Counted from the stretch's first letter, positions 29,093-37,697 are shown. The stretch: DNA of 64,000 nt from Candidatus Dormiibacterota bacterium (GCA_963757475.1 CAVWRW010000001.1:7207-71206), one strand, 5' to 3'. Program-made: numbers and translations. Notes: generated from the sequence alone by a model not told the origin.

Positions 29093-29691
29093 TCCTCGTC
29101 CCCGCTGAGCCCGGCGAAGATGGCCGCCAGGACACGAGCGATGTTGTTCCACCGGAACCCCGAGGGATCGAGCGAGCCGTGCAGGGTGAGGCCGTCGCCG
29201 AGCGCCAATAGCACCGAGGCGAAGGCGTTGGCAGGGATGTCGGCGATTTCGCCATCGGCGATAGCCCCTTCGATCCAGCCCCGCAACATCGCTCTGCGGC
29301 GGCCGACCGCTGACACCATTCGCTCCCTGATGGCCGGCTCAGTGAGGATGGCGGCCCAGAGGTCCGAACGCACTTGCACCCGAGATTGGTCGGAGCCGCG
29401 TTCGCACATCTCGCGGGCGAAGCTACGAAGTCTCTCCACATGGGACATGTTGCGTTGCGCCAAACGCTCGAATCGCCCGTCCAGATCGGCTGCGTCTTCC
29501 TCGAGGAGCGCAATGAGCAAGTGCTGTTTGGACGAGAAGTATCCGTAGAAAGCTCCCTTGCTCACCTCCGCCTCCGCGCAGATGTCGTCGACGGTGAGTT
29601 CGCTGTAACCCATGCGCCCCGCACATCTCCAGGCCGCGTCAATCAGTTGCTGGCGACGCTCGAGGCGCGCACCCTCAGAGATGCGTGGCAT
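29089..29691 (-). CDS. TetR-family transcriptional regulator (paralog of 39409-40017)
   Basis: 200 aa from the ATG at 29691. The HTH is RRQQLIDAAWRCAGRMGYSELTVDDICAEAEVSKGAFYGYF. Confidence 0.85.
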   Translation of the reverse strand: MPRISEGARLERRQQLIDAAWRCAGRMGYSELTVDDICAEAEVSKGAFYGYFSSKQHLLIALLEEDAADLDGRFERLAQRNMSHVERLRSFAREMCERGSDQSRVQVRSDLWAAILTEPAIRERMVSAVGRRRAMLRGWIEGAIADGEIADIPANAFASVLLALGDGLTLHGSLDPSGFRWNNIARVLAAIFAGLSGDEE

Positions 29692-29697
29692 GCGGAT

Positions 29698-29707
29698 ATG
29701 GTACCAT
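29698..29707. promoter_or_regulatory. 10-bp perfect palindrome ATGGTACCAT just upstream of the TetR start
   Basis: Lies 7-16 nt upstream of the TetR/ClC operon start codon. It is a candidate operator with no experimental support. Confidence 0.25.
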
Positions 29708-29756
29708 GCCGCAAAACTGACGCGTTGGTTTTTATCGTGAAGTACCTCCCTCCCAA

Positions 29757-29783
29757 GAGCGGGTGGTGATATTCCACCCGCTC
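29757..29783. repeat. palindromic hairpin element, copy H2 (GAGCGGGTGG-N7-CCACCCGCTC)
   Basis: 10-bp perfect stem. Its flanks (CCCTCCCAAGAGC... and ...GCTCGCCTCCGG) are also shared with copy H3. Confidence 0.65.
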
Positions 29784-30006
29784 GCCTCCGGTAAGCCACA
29801 AGCGCCACGACAGCGGCAGCGGTGGCGTGGCGGCGGAGCCCTATTCGATGCTCTCAGGCTGGCGCTGCATTTGCAGCGCCGGGGGCGTGCTAGTGTCGCC
29901 GCCAATGTGACAATACAGAGTCACGTTCTCGTCAACTCCTTTCAGCAGGCGCGCGAGCAGGGCCGCCACCCAGACGAAGACCAAAAATTCGCCCAAGCGT
30001 GCGAGT

Positions 30007-30715
30007 ATGAGCCAGAGTCCAGTTCAGGACCGCAATCGTCAGGACCAGGAGCGCGTCCAGAGTCAGCTACGACGCGCTCGCGGCGGCCTACACGCAGCGC
30101 GTTCACGGCGAGCTCGATGGACCGCTCGACCGCGGGCTGCTGACCGCTTTTGCGGAGCAGGTGCAGTCCGAGCATGGACCCGGGGCGCTGGTCTGTGACC
30201 TCGGGGCAGGTCCCGGTCATGTCGGCGCGTTTCTTGTACGCCAAGGACTGAAGGTCAACGCCATCGATCTCTCTCCGGCTATGGTGGAGATCGGTCGTCA
30301 CCTGCACCCCGAGATGACCTTCGAGGTAGGCACGATGACCGAGTTGAACGTTCCTGACGGACGCTTCGACGGCATCGTCGCCTTCTACTCGATCATCCAT
30401 CTCACAAGCGACGAGCAGGTTCGGACCGCGCTCGGCGAGATCCATCGATGTTTGGTCACCGACGGGTTATTGCTCATCGCCGTCGCCATCGGCGAGTACG
30501 GCGATGAGGCGGTGCACACGGACGACATGCTAGGAATTGACGTGGATATGGACTTCAGATTGTTCGCCCTCGAGACACTGACAGCGGCGGTCGAGACGGC
30601 CGGGTTCAAAATTGAGGCACGGCTGACGCGCGGTCCGTATCCAGATGCTGAGGCACAGACGAAATGCGCATACCTCCTCGCGAGAAAGTCACCTCACCGG
30701 ACAAGCGCTCGCTGA
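30007..30715 (+). pseudogene. class I SAM-dependent methyltransferase with a frame shift near 30060
   Basis: The ATG at 30007 gives MSQSPVQDRNRQDQERVQS. The homologous reading SYDALAAAYTQRVHGELDGPLDRGLLTAFAEQV...VCDLGAGPGH (motif I) is in the +1 frame, where no start codon exists before the GTG at 30161. Confidence 0.7.
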
Positions 30716-30839
30716 CGCGAAGGCCTGACAAGATCCGCGCCTGGACGTGGTTTCAGCGGCCCAATGGGGACGCCGGTCTCGAAGTAGCACGCATTTGAAA
30801 CAAACGGGCATGGCGAGTTAGTGCGTTGCTGCGGAGCTT

Positions 30840-30888
30840 GTCGCGGCGTCTTGTACTCCCTGACCTTGGGGATCTATCCGGGCGAGAG
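30840..30888. repeat. 49-nt conserved intergenic motif, copy A (partner at 34851-34899)
   Basis: GTCGCGGCGTC...CTCCCTG.CCTT.GGG...ATCCGGGCGAGAG. By hand alignment roughly 40 of 49 positions are identical between the two copies. Confidence 0.55.
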
Positions 30889-31330
30889 ACGTTGCAACCA
30901 CGGGTTCTAGTGGTCAGAGATGAACGCTGATCGCGATCCCGCAGTGTCTGCCGCCTGCGCGAAGGGGATGAGATAAATGGGACCGTGCGCTTCGCTGGAG
31001 AGAAAGAGCCGAAGCTGGATAAGACCTAACCCTTCTCGCGCTTAACCTTATTGGCCTGCTTGGCAAGGTCGGTACGTGTTGACGTCGGCAGCTTGCTGAG
31101 GGTTTTCTGCGACTGAGCGGCCAATCAACTTCGAGGGCAGCACGGCCGGAAGGAAGATCAACAACGCCGGGACATCGAACTGCTCGGCCCGACTCCGCGC
31201 TCCGGTCAACCGCGCCGGAAGAGGTTCTTGATGCCGTCAATTTCGGCCGACCCATCAACGAGTAGAAAGCCGTTACGCAAAGGGAAGGGCAGCGGGCATC
31301 GCTAGCGAACACGTCCATAAGCCGGTTCGC

Positions 31331-31395
31331 GCCATTCCAATGGATTCCATCGCACTTGCTCTAGCCGCCATTCCAACCGATTCTCGACGCAGCCA
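31331..31395 (+). repeat. dispersed repeat copy 5 (5' module only; no tRNA-Pro half)
   Basis: CCATTCCAATGGATTCCATCGCACTTGCTCTAGCCGCCATTCCAACCGATTCTCGACGC aligns with the 5' module of copies 1-4. The 3' part is different. Confidence 0.6.
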
Positions 31396-31641
31396 CTACT
31401 GAGCTCGGCTTCGCGGCTCGGTTGAGGCGGGAGGCCGCTGCCCATAACGAAAGTTTGTAGTAGTCCAGCGCCGATAAGCTGCCTACAGTTTCCACTGTGG
31501 CTTCGTCCGTAGGGATCCGGCAGTTGACTGACATCGCGGGGGGCGACACATCTGAGCGTGGTCGCGTAGAGGGTTGTTCCGCCTCCTGCACGACACCCTC
31601 GTAGTCGCCAGAGGAAAGGCCGGCGCCCGCGCGTGCCACAG

Positions 31642-32340
31642 CTAAGGGCACACGATTTGACCTACCGCATCGACTCCGGCGCCATTTCCTTGGCCTTGAT
31701 TGGGCGTCAATACAATTTCGAAGATCGCGATGCGCCCAGCCTTGAACGTCGTGACGCCGACCCCAATCGGGCCGTAGAAACCGTAGCCTCCGAGTTTCGA
31801 TTTGAACAGCGAGGCTGTGGTTTCATCGCCCGGGGTAGCGGCACCCGGTTCGGCCGGGTTGTCCTGGCTGATCACCAAGGAGTAGTGCTCGCCGTTGAGC
31901 AGGCCGTCCGCCTCAATGCTGGCCGGAACCTGGCCCGGCGCCGGCTGCCCTGGGGGAGCTGAAGCGGCTGGGAGACCCGGCGAGCAGACGGTCGAGGTCA
32001 CGTGCATGGTTCCTGAGACTGCCCCTGTGAAGGTCACCATCGTGGCGGGCACAGACGGCGTTGGCTGCGCACTCACCTGCGTCGCCGGTCCTGGGGCGCT
32101 CGTCCCGTGCGGCGCTGCAGACCCGGGGGCGACGCGACCCAGGTGTGCCGCTAACCCCACGACCGCCGCGGCAAGGGCAACGGCCACGACGAGTGTCCCG
32201 GTCGCGAACGTGGCGAACACGCGGCGCGCAGCCCGCTTCTTGAACCGATTCATCGTCATGTCCTCCAACGTCGCGGTCAGCGGCTGCTGCGAGATGTCGG
32301 TGTAGAACGTGGCGAGTTGGTCGTCGATTCGCTCAGTCAT
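31642..32340 (-). CDS. anti-sigma-factor-like membrane protein with a secreted C-terminal domain
   Basis: 232 aa with a single TM (FATFATGTLVVAVALAAAVVGLAA) after a ~45-aa cytoplasmic N-terminus. It overlaps the ECF sigma stop by 8 nt. Confidence 0.65.
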   Translation of the reverse strand: MTERIDDQLATFYTDISQQPLTATLEDMTMNRFKKRAARRVFATFATGTLVVAVALAAAVVGLAAHLGRVAPGSAAPHGTSAPGPATQVSAQPTPSVPATMVTFTGAVSGTMHVTSTVCSPGLPAASAPPGQPAPGQVPASIEADGLLNGEHYSLVISQDNPAEPGAATPGDETTASLFKSKLGGYGFYGPIGVGVTTFKAGRIAIFEIVLTPNQGQGNGAGVDAVGQIVCP

Positions 32341-32881
32341 GGGTCATACCCTCCCGCAGTGTCGTGAGGCCTCGAGCGATGTGTGTGCGGACTGTGCCCG
32401 GGCTGCAGCCCATCAGCTCGGCGCACTCGTCGATCGAGTAACCGTGTCCCTTGGTCAGCGTGAGTGCGGCCCGCTGCCGCAGCGACAAGCGAGCGTAAAT
32501 CCGGCTCAAGTCCAGCATCGCCGGATCGATCGCCGACACGCTGGCAGCGTGCATAGTCGCTGGCAGGTCGCGTTGCGTGAAGAATCCGCGGCGCGTCAGC
32601 GCACGCCGTCGACTGATGCAGTGATTGACGCAGATTCGGGCTGCCCAGGCAAACCGATCGCTGTAGCCAGCGGAGCTGAACCAGGCTCTCCACGCGCGGA
32701 TCAGCGTTTCCTGGACCGCGTCCTCCGCCTCGCCGCGATCTCGGAGAATGCCCAACGCGATGACGAAGAGCCGATGACGCTGACCAAACACGATCTGCTC
32801 AAAGGCCACTTCCTGCTGCAGCGTGAGTTCCCTCGAGGCGGTCCGTGGCATCCCAATCTCCGTCGCCATGCTAGGTAACAC
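32333..32881 (-). CDS. ECF (sigma-70 family) RNA polymerase sigma factor
   Basis: Region 2 is DRGEAEDAVQETLIRAW...CVNHCISRRR and the region 4 HTH is GYSIDECAELMGCSPGTVRTHIARG. The start is uncertain: ATGs at 32869 and 32851 are alternatives, and 32851 has a GGAG RBS. Confidence 0.85.
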   Translation of the reverse strand: MLPSMATEIGMPRTASRELTLQQEVAFEQIVFGQRHRLFVIALGILRDRGEAEDAVQETLIRAWRAWFSSAGYSDRFAWAARICVNHCISRRRALTRRGFFTQRDLPATMHAASVSAIDPAMLDLSRIYARLSLRQRAALTLTKGHGYSIDECAELMGCSPGTVRTHIARGLTTLREGMTHD

Positions 32882-32932
32882 GCAGGGGGAGACGATTTTG
32901 CTGACAGACGGGGCGAAAGCGGCAGCGGCCTG

Positions 32933-33499
32933 CTAGCCAGCGCAGCGCCAGGTGACCGTTCCGGATTCACGCGCGGAACTGAAGGTGTCCACCATGCCGC
33001 GGAAGGACATGGAGCCAGCGCCGCTCGAGTTCACGACGATCGTGGCCGACGTTTGCGCGTCGCCGATGAACGAGTAGTTGTCGATGGTCAGGTCGGCGGC
33101 AATTGCGTTGCTCCCCGAGTACACACCGGGACCGTGGTATCCGCGCGCCGGAGGTGTGCCGAGCCCGCGCGCAGGGGTCACCACACCGGCGGTGTACGTG
33201 ACGATGTGCCTGTCGACCAGTTCGGCGTTGCTCGGGGTCGGGACGACCCAGAGGGTCGTCGCGGGCGCTACTCCGCTCACGTATGCGCGGCAGGTCTCGC
33301 CACGTGTGGTCAAGGTGTCCGTGAACGAGCCGCTGACGGCTAACTCGCCGCTGAACGACAACTCACCGCGAAATGTGCTGTGTGCTACCACTGGCACTGT
33401 CGGCTCGTCTGGTTGCGCTCCTGGTCCACAGCCCGCGGCTGTCGCCAGCGCCACTGCGGAGATTGCCGTGAGCAGCACGCGACTCAACGGCACGTCCAC
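32933..33499 (-). CDS. lipoprotein with uncharacterised Cys-bounded beta-rich domain
   Basis: Lipobox LATAAGC. The domain FRGELSFSGELAVSGSF...C...GPGVY...VTWRC resembles the neighbouring gene and the anti-sigma ectodomain. Confidence 0.65.
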   Translation of the reverse strand: MDVPLSRVLLTAISAVALATAAGCGPGAQPDEPTVPVVAHSTFRGELSFSGELAVSGSFTDTLTTRGETCRAYVSGVAPATTLWVVPTPSNAELVDRHIVTYTAGVVTPARGLGTPPARGYHGPGVYSGSNAIAADLTIDNYSFIGDAQTSATIVVNSSGAGSMSFRGMVDTFSSARESGTVTWRCAG

Positions 33500-34116
33500 G
33501 TCATCACGCCGGTCACTAGACCCGTCCCGTTACCCCCCCTGGTCTCGTCGTCCACCCAGCCCGTCAGCTGCACCGAGCCTGATCCGTCTGGCGTGACATG
33601 CAACGTCGTGCCGCTGCCATGCGAATGGAACACGTAGTACGAGGGGCCTTGCGCGGTGGTCACAGTAACCGTCGCCGTTCCCGAGAGAAACGGATTGTTC
33701 CCACTGTCGTACGTACCGGGACCGAGGTACCCGGTTGCGAGTGATACCGACACGGAAACGGCGGTGGGCCCGTTGGTCTTCGCGATCGGCGCGTCGAAGC
33801 CCGTGCCGCCGAGCGGCAGCTGCTGGGCGTACCCGTTCGCGAAGGACGCGCACGTGGTGCTCGAGGGCGCCGGAGTCTGCACCCCGTCCAGATCGACGGC
33901 GGCATGAGAGGTGAACGTGCCCGTCACGACGAACTGGCCAGTGATCGACAAGGTGCCGCTGATGATGGGCATCGGCGCGGGGCTGGAGGTACGCACAGGG
34001 GAGTGTGTGGTTTTCGATGACGACACGTTGCCGGCTTCTTGCGCTCCGCAGGCAGCGATACAGGCTGCGCAGATGGCACACATCACTACGCGAAATCGCG
34101 CCAGCGTGAGGTACAC
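33484..34116 (-). CDS. lipoprotein, paralog of 32933-33499
   Basis: Lipobox CIAACG. The domain is ISGTLSITGQFVVTGTF...C...GPGTY...VMTWTC. Confidence 0.65.
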   Translation of the reverse strand: MYLTLARFRVVMCAICAACIAACGAQEAGNVSSSKTTHSPVRTSSPAPMPIISGTLSITGQFVVTGTFTSHAAVDLDGVQTPAPSSTTCASFANGYAQQLPLGGTGFDAPIAKTNGPTAVSVSVSLATGYLGPGTYDSGNNPFLSGTATVTVTTAQGPSYYVFHSHGSGTTLHVTPDGSGSVQLTGWVDDETRGGNGTGLVTGVMTWTCR

Positions 34117-34387
34117 GTCTCCGATGCTAGGCGGGCGGCCCGTGGCGTGTCATCACCCGGCGGGGTGAAGTTCGAAGCGACTCATACCGGGGTGTTGCAC
34201 GCGTGGAAGACGGTCGGTCGAAACGGCAGCGAAATATCGTGTCGAACCCTGGTGCCAGCGTTCACAGACGGCTCCCACTGAGCCAGGCACCAGGAGGCGC
34301 GTATCCATGGCAGTCGGGGCGCTCGCCCAGGCTTGGGTCCGCCAACGTATCCCGAAACCCGGAGCATCTTGCCTAATGAGGCGGCAC

Positions 34388-34738
34388 TCAGCTAGAACAC
34401 CCTGCAGGACTGAGCCGAACGATAAAGGGAAGGAATGCGAACCCGACGCCCGTCGAGAGCTGTACGCAGAGAATCGCCATTGCGATGACCCATGAGCGCG
34501 TCATCTGACGGGCAAGCGCAACGACTGCAGCTGTTGCAACGAGGATCGCGATGATCATCACGACGAAGATTGATGATTCCGTTCCCTCACCAGGATATGG
34601 TCGACATGGAGGCAGCCTGTCCGCCTCCAGTGCGCTGAGAACAACGATAGCGATGTCGACTGCCGCCATCCCCAGAACGACGGGGACGAAATTGGGGCGC
34701 GTCGCAGGCCGCTCAGGAGAAACGCCGCCGATCTTCAT
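34388..34738 (-). CDS. hypothetical small membrane protein (3 TM)
   Basis: 116 aa with hydrophobic helices VPVVLGMAAVDIAIVVL, IFVVMIIAILVATAAVVAL and VIAMAILCVQLSTGVGFAFLPFIV. Confidence 0.5.
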   Translation of the reverse strand: MKIGGVSPERPATRPNFVPVVLGMAAVDIAIVVLSALEADRLPPCRPYPGEGTESSIFVVMIIAILVATAAVVALARQMTRSWVIAMAILCVQLSTGVGFAFLPFIVRLSPAGCSS

Positions 34739-34850
34739 AGTCCTTCTCAGAAGTCAGGGCCGCGACTGTAGCAGGTCGAAAGTGCCACTGCGCTTGAACC
34801 TACGGCAGGTCAGGCGCATGAGCGCCGACATTGTTAGCCGGAAGGGGCTA

Positions 34851-34899
34851 GTCGCGGCGTCATATGCTCCCTGGCCTTCGGGGCCCATCCGGGCGAGAG
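34851..34899. repeat. 49-nt conserved intergenic motif, copy B
   Basis: See 30840-30888. It contains the inner hairpin GGCC-TTCGG-GGCC, enclosed by CTCCCTG / CGGGCGAG. Confidence 0.55.
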
Positions 34900-35099
34900 G
34901 TGCACCTTGCGCAATCGTCGTCAGCATCAGATGTGCTTGTCCGGCTTGCGCGCGTGTATGGCTGGACTCAGAGTCGGCGCCTTACCTCACAACGCACCTC
35001 GCCGGTAACATCGCTTACGGAGCGGCGGGCAAGTCCGATACAAGTCGAGCGCGAACTCGTGAACGATATTGTGCCTCGCCCGCCAGCTACGAGGACCGA

Positions 35100-35819
35100 T
35101 CAGAGCTGCGGTACGCCGGCATCTGTCACTGGCTCACTCGTACGCGACCACTGCGCGATAGGCCGACCGTTGAGGCGCCATGGACTTTCACCTTCCCTGA
35201 CGCGGGGCCAGCCCTCTGGTGAGTCCTCCCAGCGCTCCTGCCGGCCGAAGATGGTCAGGTCCAGCGCGTGATAGCTCGTCATCAGCGCTTCGTTGCCGCG
35301 GTCGGCGGTCCAGTACGTTTCGAAGACCCGATCGCCGTCGCGCACATAGCACGCGATGAACCCGAATTCGCGACCATCGACGAGAGCTGGGTCGGAGTCC
35401 TTGGCCGAGTACCACGGCCATGAGTAGCCCATGAACTCAAAGAAGGCTGCGCTTTCGTCATACGGACCCTCGGAGAACACGGCGAAGGTCACGCCGCGAG
35501 CGTGGAGGTATTCGAGCATCTGCACGTGGCACACCGCCAAAGTACAGCCCGGGCATTGCTGATCGAAGGGCTTGCCGTCCTGCCACATGTGGAAGTAGGC
35601 CATGAGTACCTTGCGACCCTCGAAGGTGTCAACCAGCGGGACGTTTCCGCGCGGCCCACTCACCGTCACCTGCGGTACTTCGGTCATCGGCAGCCGCCGG
35701 CGCGCGGCCGCGATCGCATCGCCCTCGCGCGTGTGCGCCTTTTCACGGTCGAGGATCGCGTCGCGGGCAAGACGCCACTCGGCCCGATCGACGATAGGTG
35801 GAGTGGCTTCCGAACTCAT
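35100..35819 (-). CDS. DUF899 thioredoxin-like family protein
   Basis: 239 aa from the ATG at 35819. The pattern REKAHTREGDAIAAARRRLPM...FEGRKVLMAYFHMW...CPGCT...FETYWT is typical of DUF899. Confidence 0.75.
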   Translation of the reverse strand: MSSEATPPIVDRAEWRLARDAILDREKAHTREGDAIAAARRRLPMTEVPQVTVSGPRGNVPLVDTFEGRKVLMAYFHMWQDGKPFDQQCPGCTLAVCHVQMLEYLHARGVTFAVFSEGPYDESAAFFEFMGYSWPWYSAKDSDPALVDGREFGFIACYVRDGDRVFETYWTADRGNEALMTSYHALDLTIFGRQERWEDSPEGWPRVREGESPWRLNGRPIAQWSRTSEPVTDAGVPQL

Positions 35820-35950
35820 CGAGAATCTCCTTCGGTATCGAGACCGGGTGGGCCACGATGATGGCACGCATGGCGAACTGTTGGTTGATTGATTGTTCGG
35901 TGCTCAATGGATCAAAGATGCGACCATGAAGCTGGCAGCGGTTGCCGCGT

Positions 35951-36106
35951 CCACGCGATTCCAAAGGACTCCATCACTCCTGCTCTAGTCGTCATTCCTA
36001 CCAATTCCCCTCGCAACCACTCCAAGTCGAATCCATCGGAAAATAAGGACTGGTCTCGGGTACCAGGGGTCGTAGGTTCGAGTCCTGTCCCCCGCGACGG
36101 GCGCGC
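35951..36106 (+). repeat. dispersed repeat copy 3 with tRNA-Pro(CGG) 3' half (36060-36106)
   Basis: CTGGT-CTCGGGT-ACCAG, GGGTC, GTAGG-TTCGAGT-CCTGT, then CCCCCGC followed by G. The 5' module is about 75 percent identical to copy 1 by eye. Confidence 0.8.
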
Positions 36107-36230
36107 CAGCAGTGCGACACCGCCGAACCAGGCCGACGGGACGCCCGGCGTCGGCATGGATCTCATTGCCGGGTTTGGTTCCTCGCTATCGACGCTGCGG
36201 GCGTCTTTTGCGTGGGGGCCGCAAATGAAC

Positions 36231-36716
36231 TCAAGCGTGTCCAATTGCGACACCGTAGAGCGCTGCGAGAAGCGCGGCTATCAGACTGACGGATCCGAGC
36301 ACGGCCGATCCAAGAGCCGAACCTCCTGCAGGTCGACGGTGAGGCGCCTGAAAGAATGCGTGCACACCTGCCGCGAGACCCGACAGCGCCACGAATGCTA
36401 GCTTGACTGCCAGCGTGCGTCCAGTCGGGCTGTCGAGGAGATTCGACCAGCGCAGGCCGATGTTTCCGACATTCAGCAGGCCGGTGACGATAAGCATCGC
36501 GAACGCCGGCCATGCGATCGTTTGATATCGCCTGGCGACACTCCGGGTCAGCTCGCCCTGAGCGCGCAACATCGGAACGACCACAGCGACCGTTATCTGA
36601 CCGCCAATCCAAATACACGCGGCGACGATGTGCAACCAGAGGATGAACACTGGTGCTGAGATGCCTGCCACCGGAGTTACCTTAGGGCGGGAGAGTGCGG
36701 CTCCGGCGGCCGGCAT
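36231..36716 (-). CDS. CopD-like membrane protein
   Basis: 161 aa with 4 TM. The motif LWLHIVAACIWIGGQI resembles the CopD family. The assignment is tentative. Confidence 0.45.
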   Translation of the reverse strand: MPAAGAALSRPKVTPVAGISAPVFILWLHIVAACIWIGGQITVAVVVPMLRAQGELTRSVARRYQTIAWPAFAMLIVTGLLNVGNIGLRWSNLLDSPTGRTLAVKLAFVALSGLAAGVHAFFQAPHRRPAGGSALGSAVLGSVSLIAALLAALYGVAIGHA

Positions 36717-36878
36717 GTTCGATCAGGGTCGATGCCGTCAAGGTCGAGTGCCCACATCGACTCCATGGCCCTATCGAATCGACCCTCGGGCGTAACCCAC
36801 TCAATCGCCGTGTTCGTCAAGCGTTGATGGCTGCCTGCACAGGCTTCACGCACAGTTTGTGCGAGGCGATCGCCGCCG

Positions 36879-37637
36879 TCACCAGCTGAGGCGGGTGTGC
36901 CGATCTGAGTCCGCTTCATGTCGCTGTTCCAACGCACGCGCCGCCTGTTGGTTGCCCTCCAACACTGACCAACCCGCATATATTGATGTCAGGGCGGCGA
37001 TACGCGCGTACCGACGGAGCGCGCCGTCAGCGGCGCCGATCGATCGAAACATCTCGTAGACGTGCATGATGCGTTCTGCGGCGTCGTGCGCCGCCGCGGC
37101 GGCGGCTCGCTCAGCGCCAGGGTTTTCAAGACCGCTCCGCGCCACGCGCTCGCCGAGACAGACGATAACGTCGCGCCACGGGGGAGGGAACCGGTTCTGC
37201 AGAAACTCCGAGCGACGTCGCCGCTCGAGCGGATCTCGGACGACGCCGCGCACGCTCAGGGCGTTCGCTACCTGGTGGCTTGCGTGCGCTGTGGCATGCG
37301 CAAGTTGCAGCCGGAGCTCCGCCGAACTGCGCTGTTGCAGCGCTCGAACGCCAAGGCGGACGCTATGGGATGTTGCCTCGACTGCAGTCGTCAACTCCGC
37401 AATCTTGTCTGCCTCGTCGAAAGCCAGTGAGAGTTCGAGGGCGAGCCCGGCCGCGGCGTCGCATGTGGCCAGCATCGCCACCGCGCACTCGAGCGCAGCA
37501 CGGGGGGGGCCGGCAACAATGACGGGGAGGCGATCCGTTCGAGCTGAGGCGCGCTGGTCAGGAGGAAGTGTCATCTGATACGCGAGGCACGCTTCTGCGG
37601 CCGTTGTCCGTGTCTCTCGCAACGCAGCTAGCGCCAT
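36879..37637 (-). CDS. hypothetical helical protein (may continue into ORF 36677-36979 through a frame shift)
   Basis: 252-aa GC3-rich ORF with no recognised motif. The downstream overlapping ORF is in the +1 frame. Confidence 0.4.
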   Translation of the reverse strand: MALAALRETRTTAAEACLAYQMTLPPDQRASARTDRLPVIVAGPPRAALECAVAMLATCDAAAGLALELSLAFDEADKIAELTTAVEATSHSVRLGVRALQQRSSAELRLQLAHATAHASHQVANALSVRGVVRDPLERRRRSEFLQNRFPPPWRDVIVCLGERVARSGLENPGAERAAAAAAHDAAERIMHVYEMFRSIGAADGALRRYARIAALTSIYAGWSVLEGNQQAARALEQRHEADSDRHTRLSW

Positions 37638-37697
37638 CGCGGCGATACGCAGCGAGTTCTGCCGAGGCGCTCATCGCCAGCGATATGTCCCTGCCCA

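Noticed and set aside
29092-29300. Fluoride (crcB-motif) riboswitch upstream of the ClC gene
   Set aside because: The ClC start overlaps the TetR stop, so there is no leader. I could not find the conserved crcB motif elements upstream of the operon either.
30914-31318. 134-aa minus-strand ORF and possible mobile-element or toxin fragments in 30716-31320
   Set aside because: Short stretches in different frames (LLVDGSAEIDGIKNLF, KLPTSTRTDLAKQANKVKREKG) hint at decayed genes. I cannot assign any family or a continuous frame.
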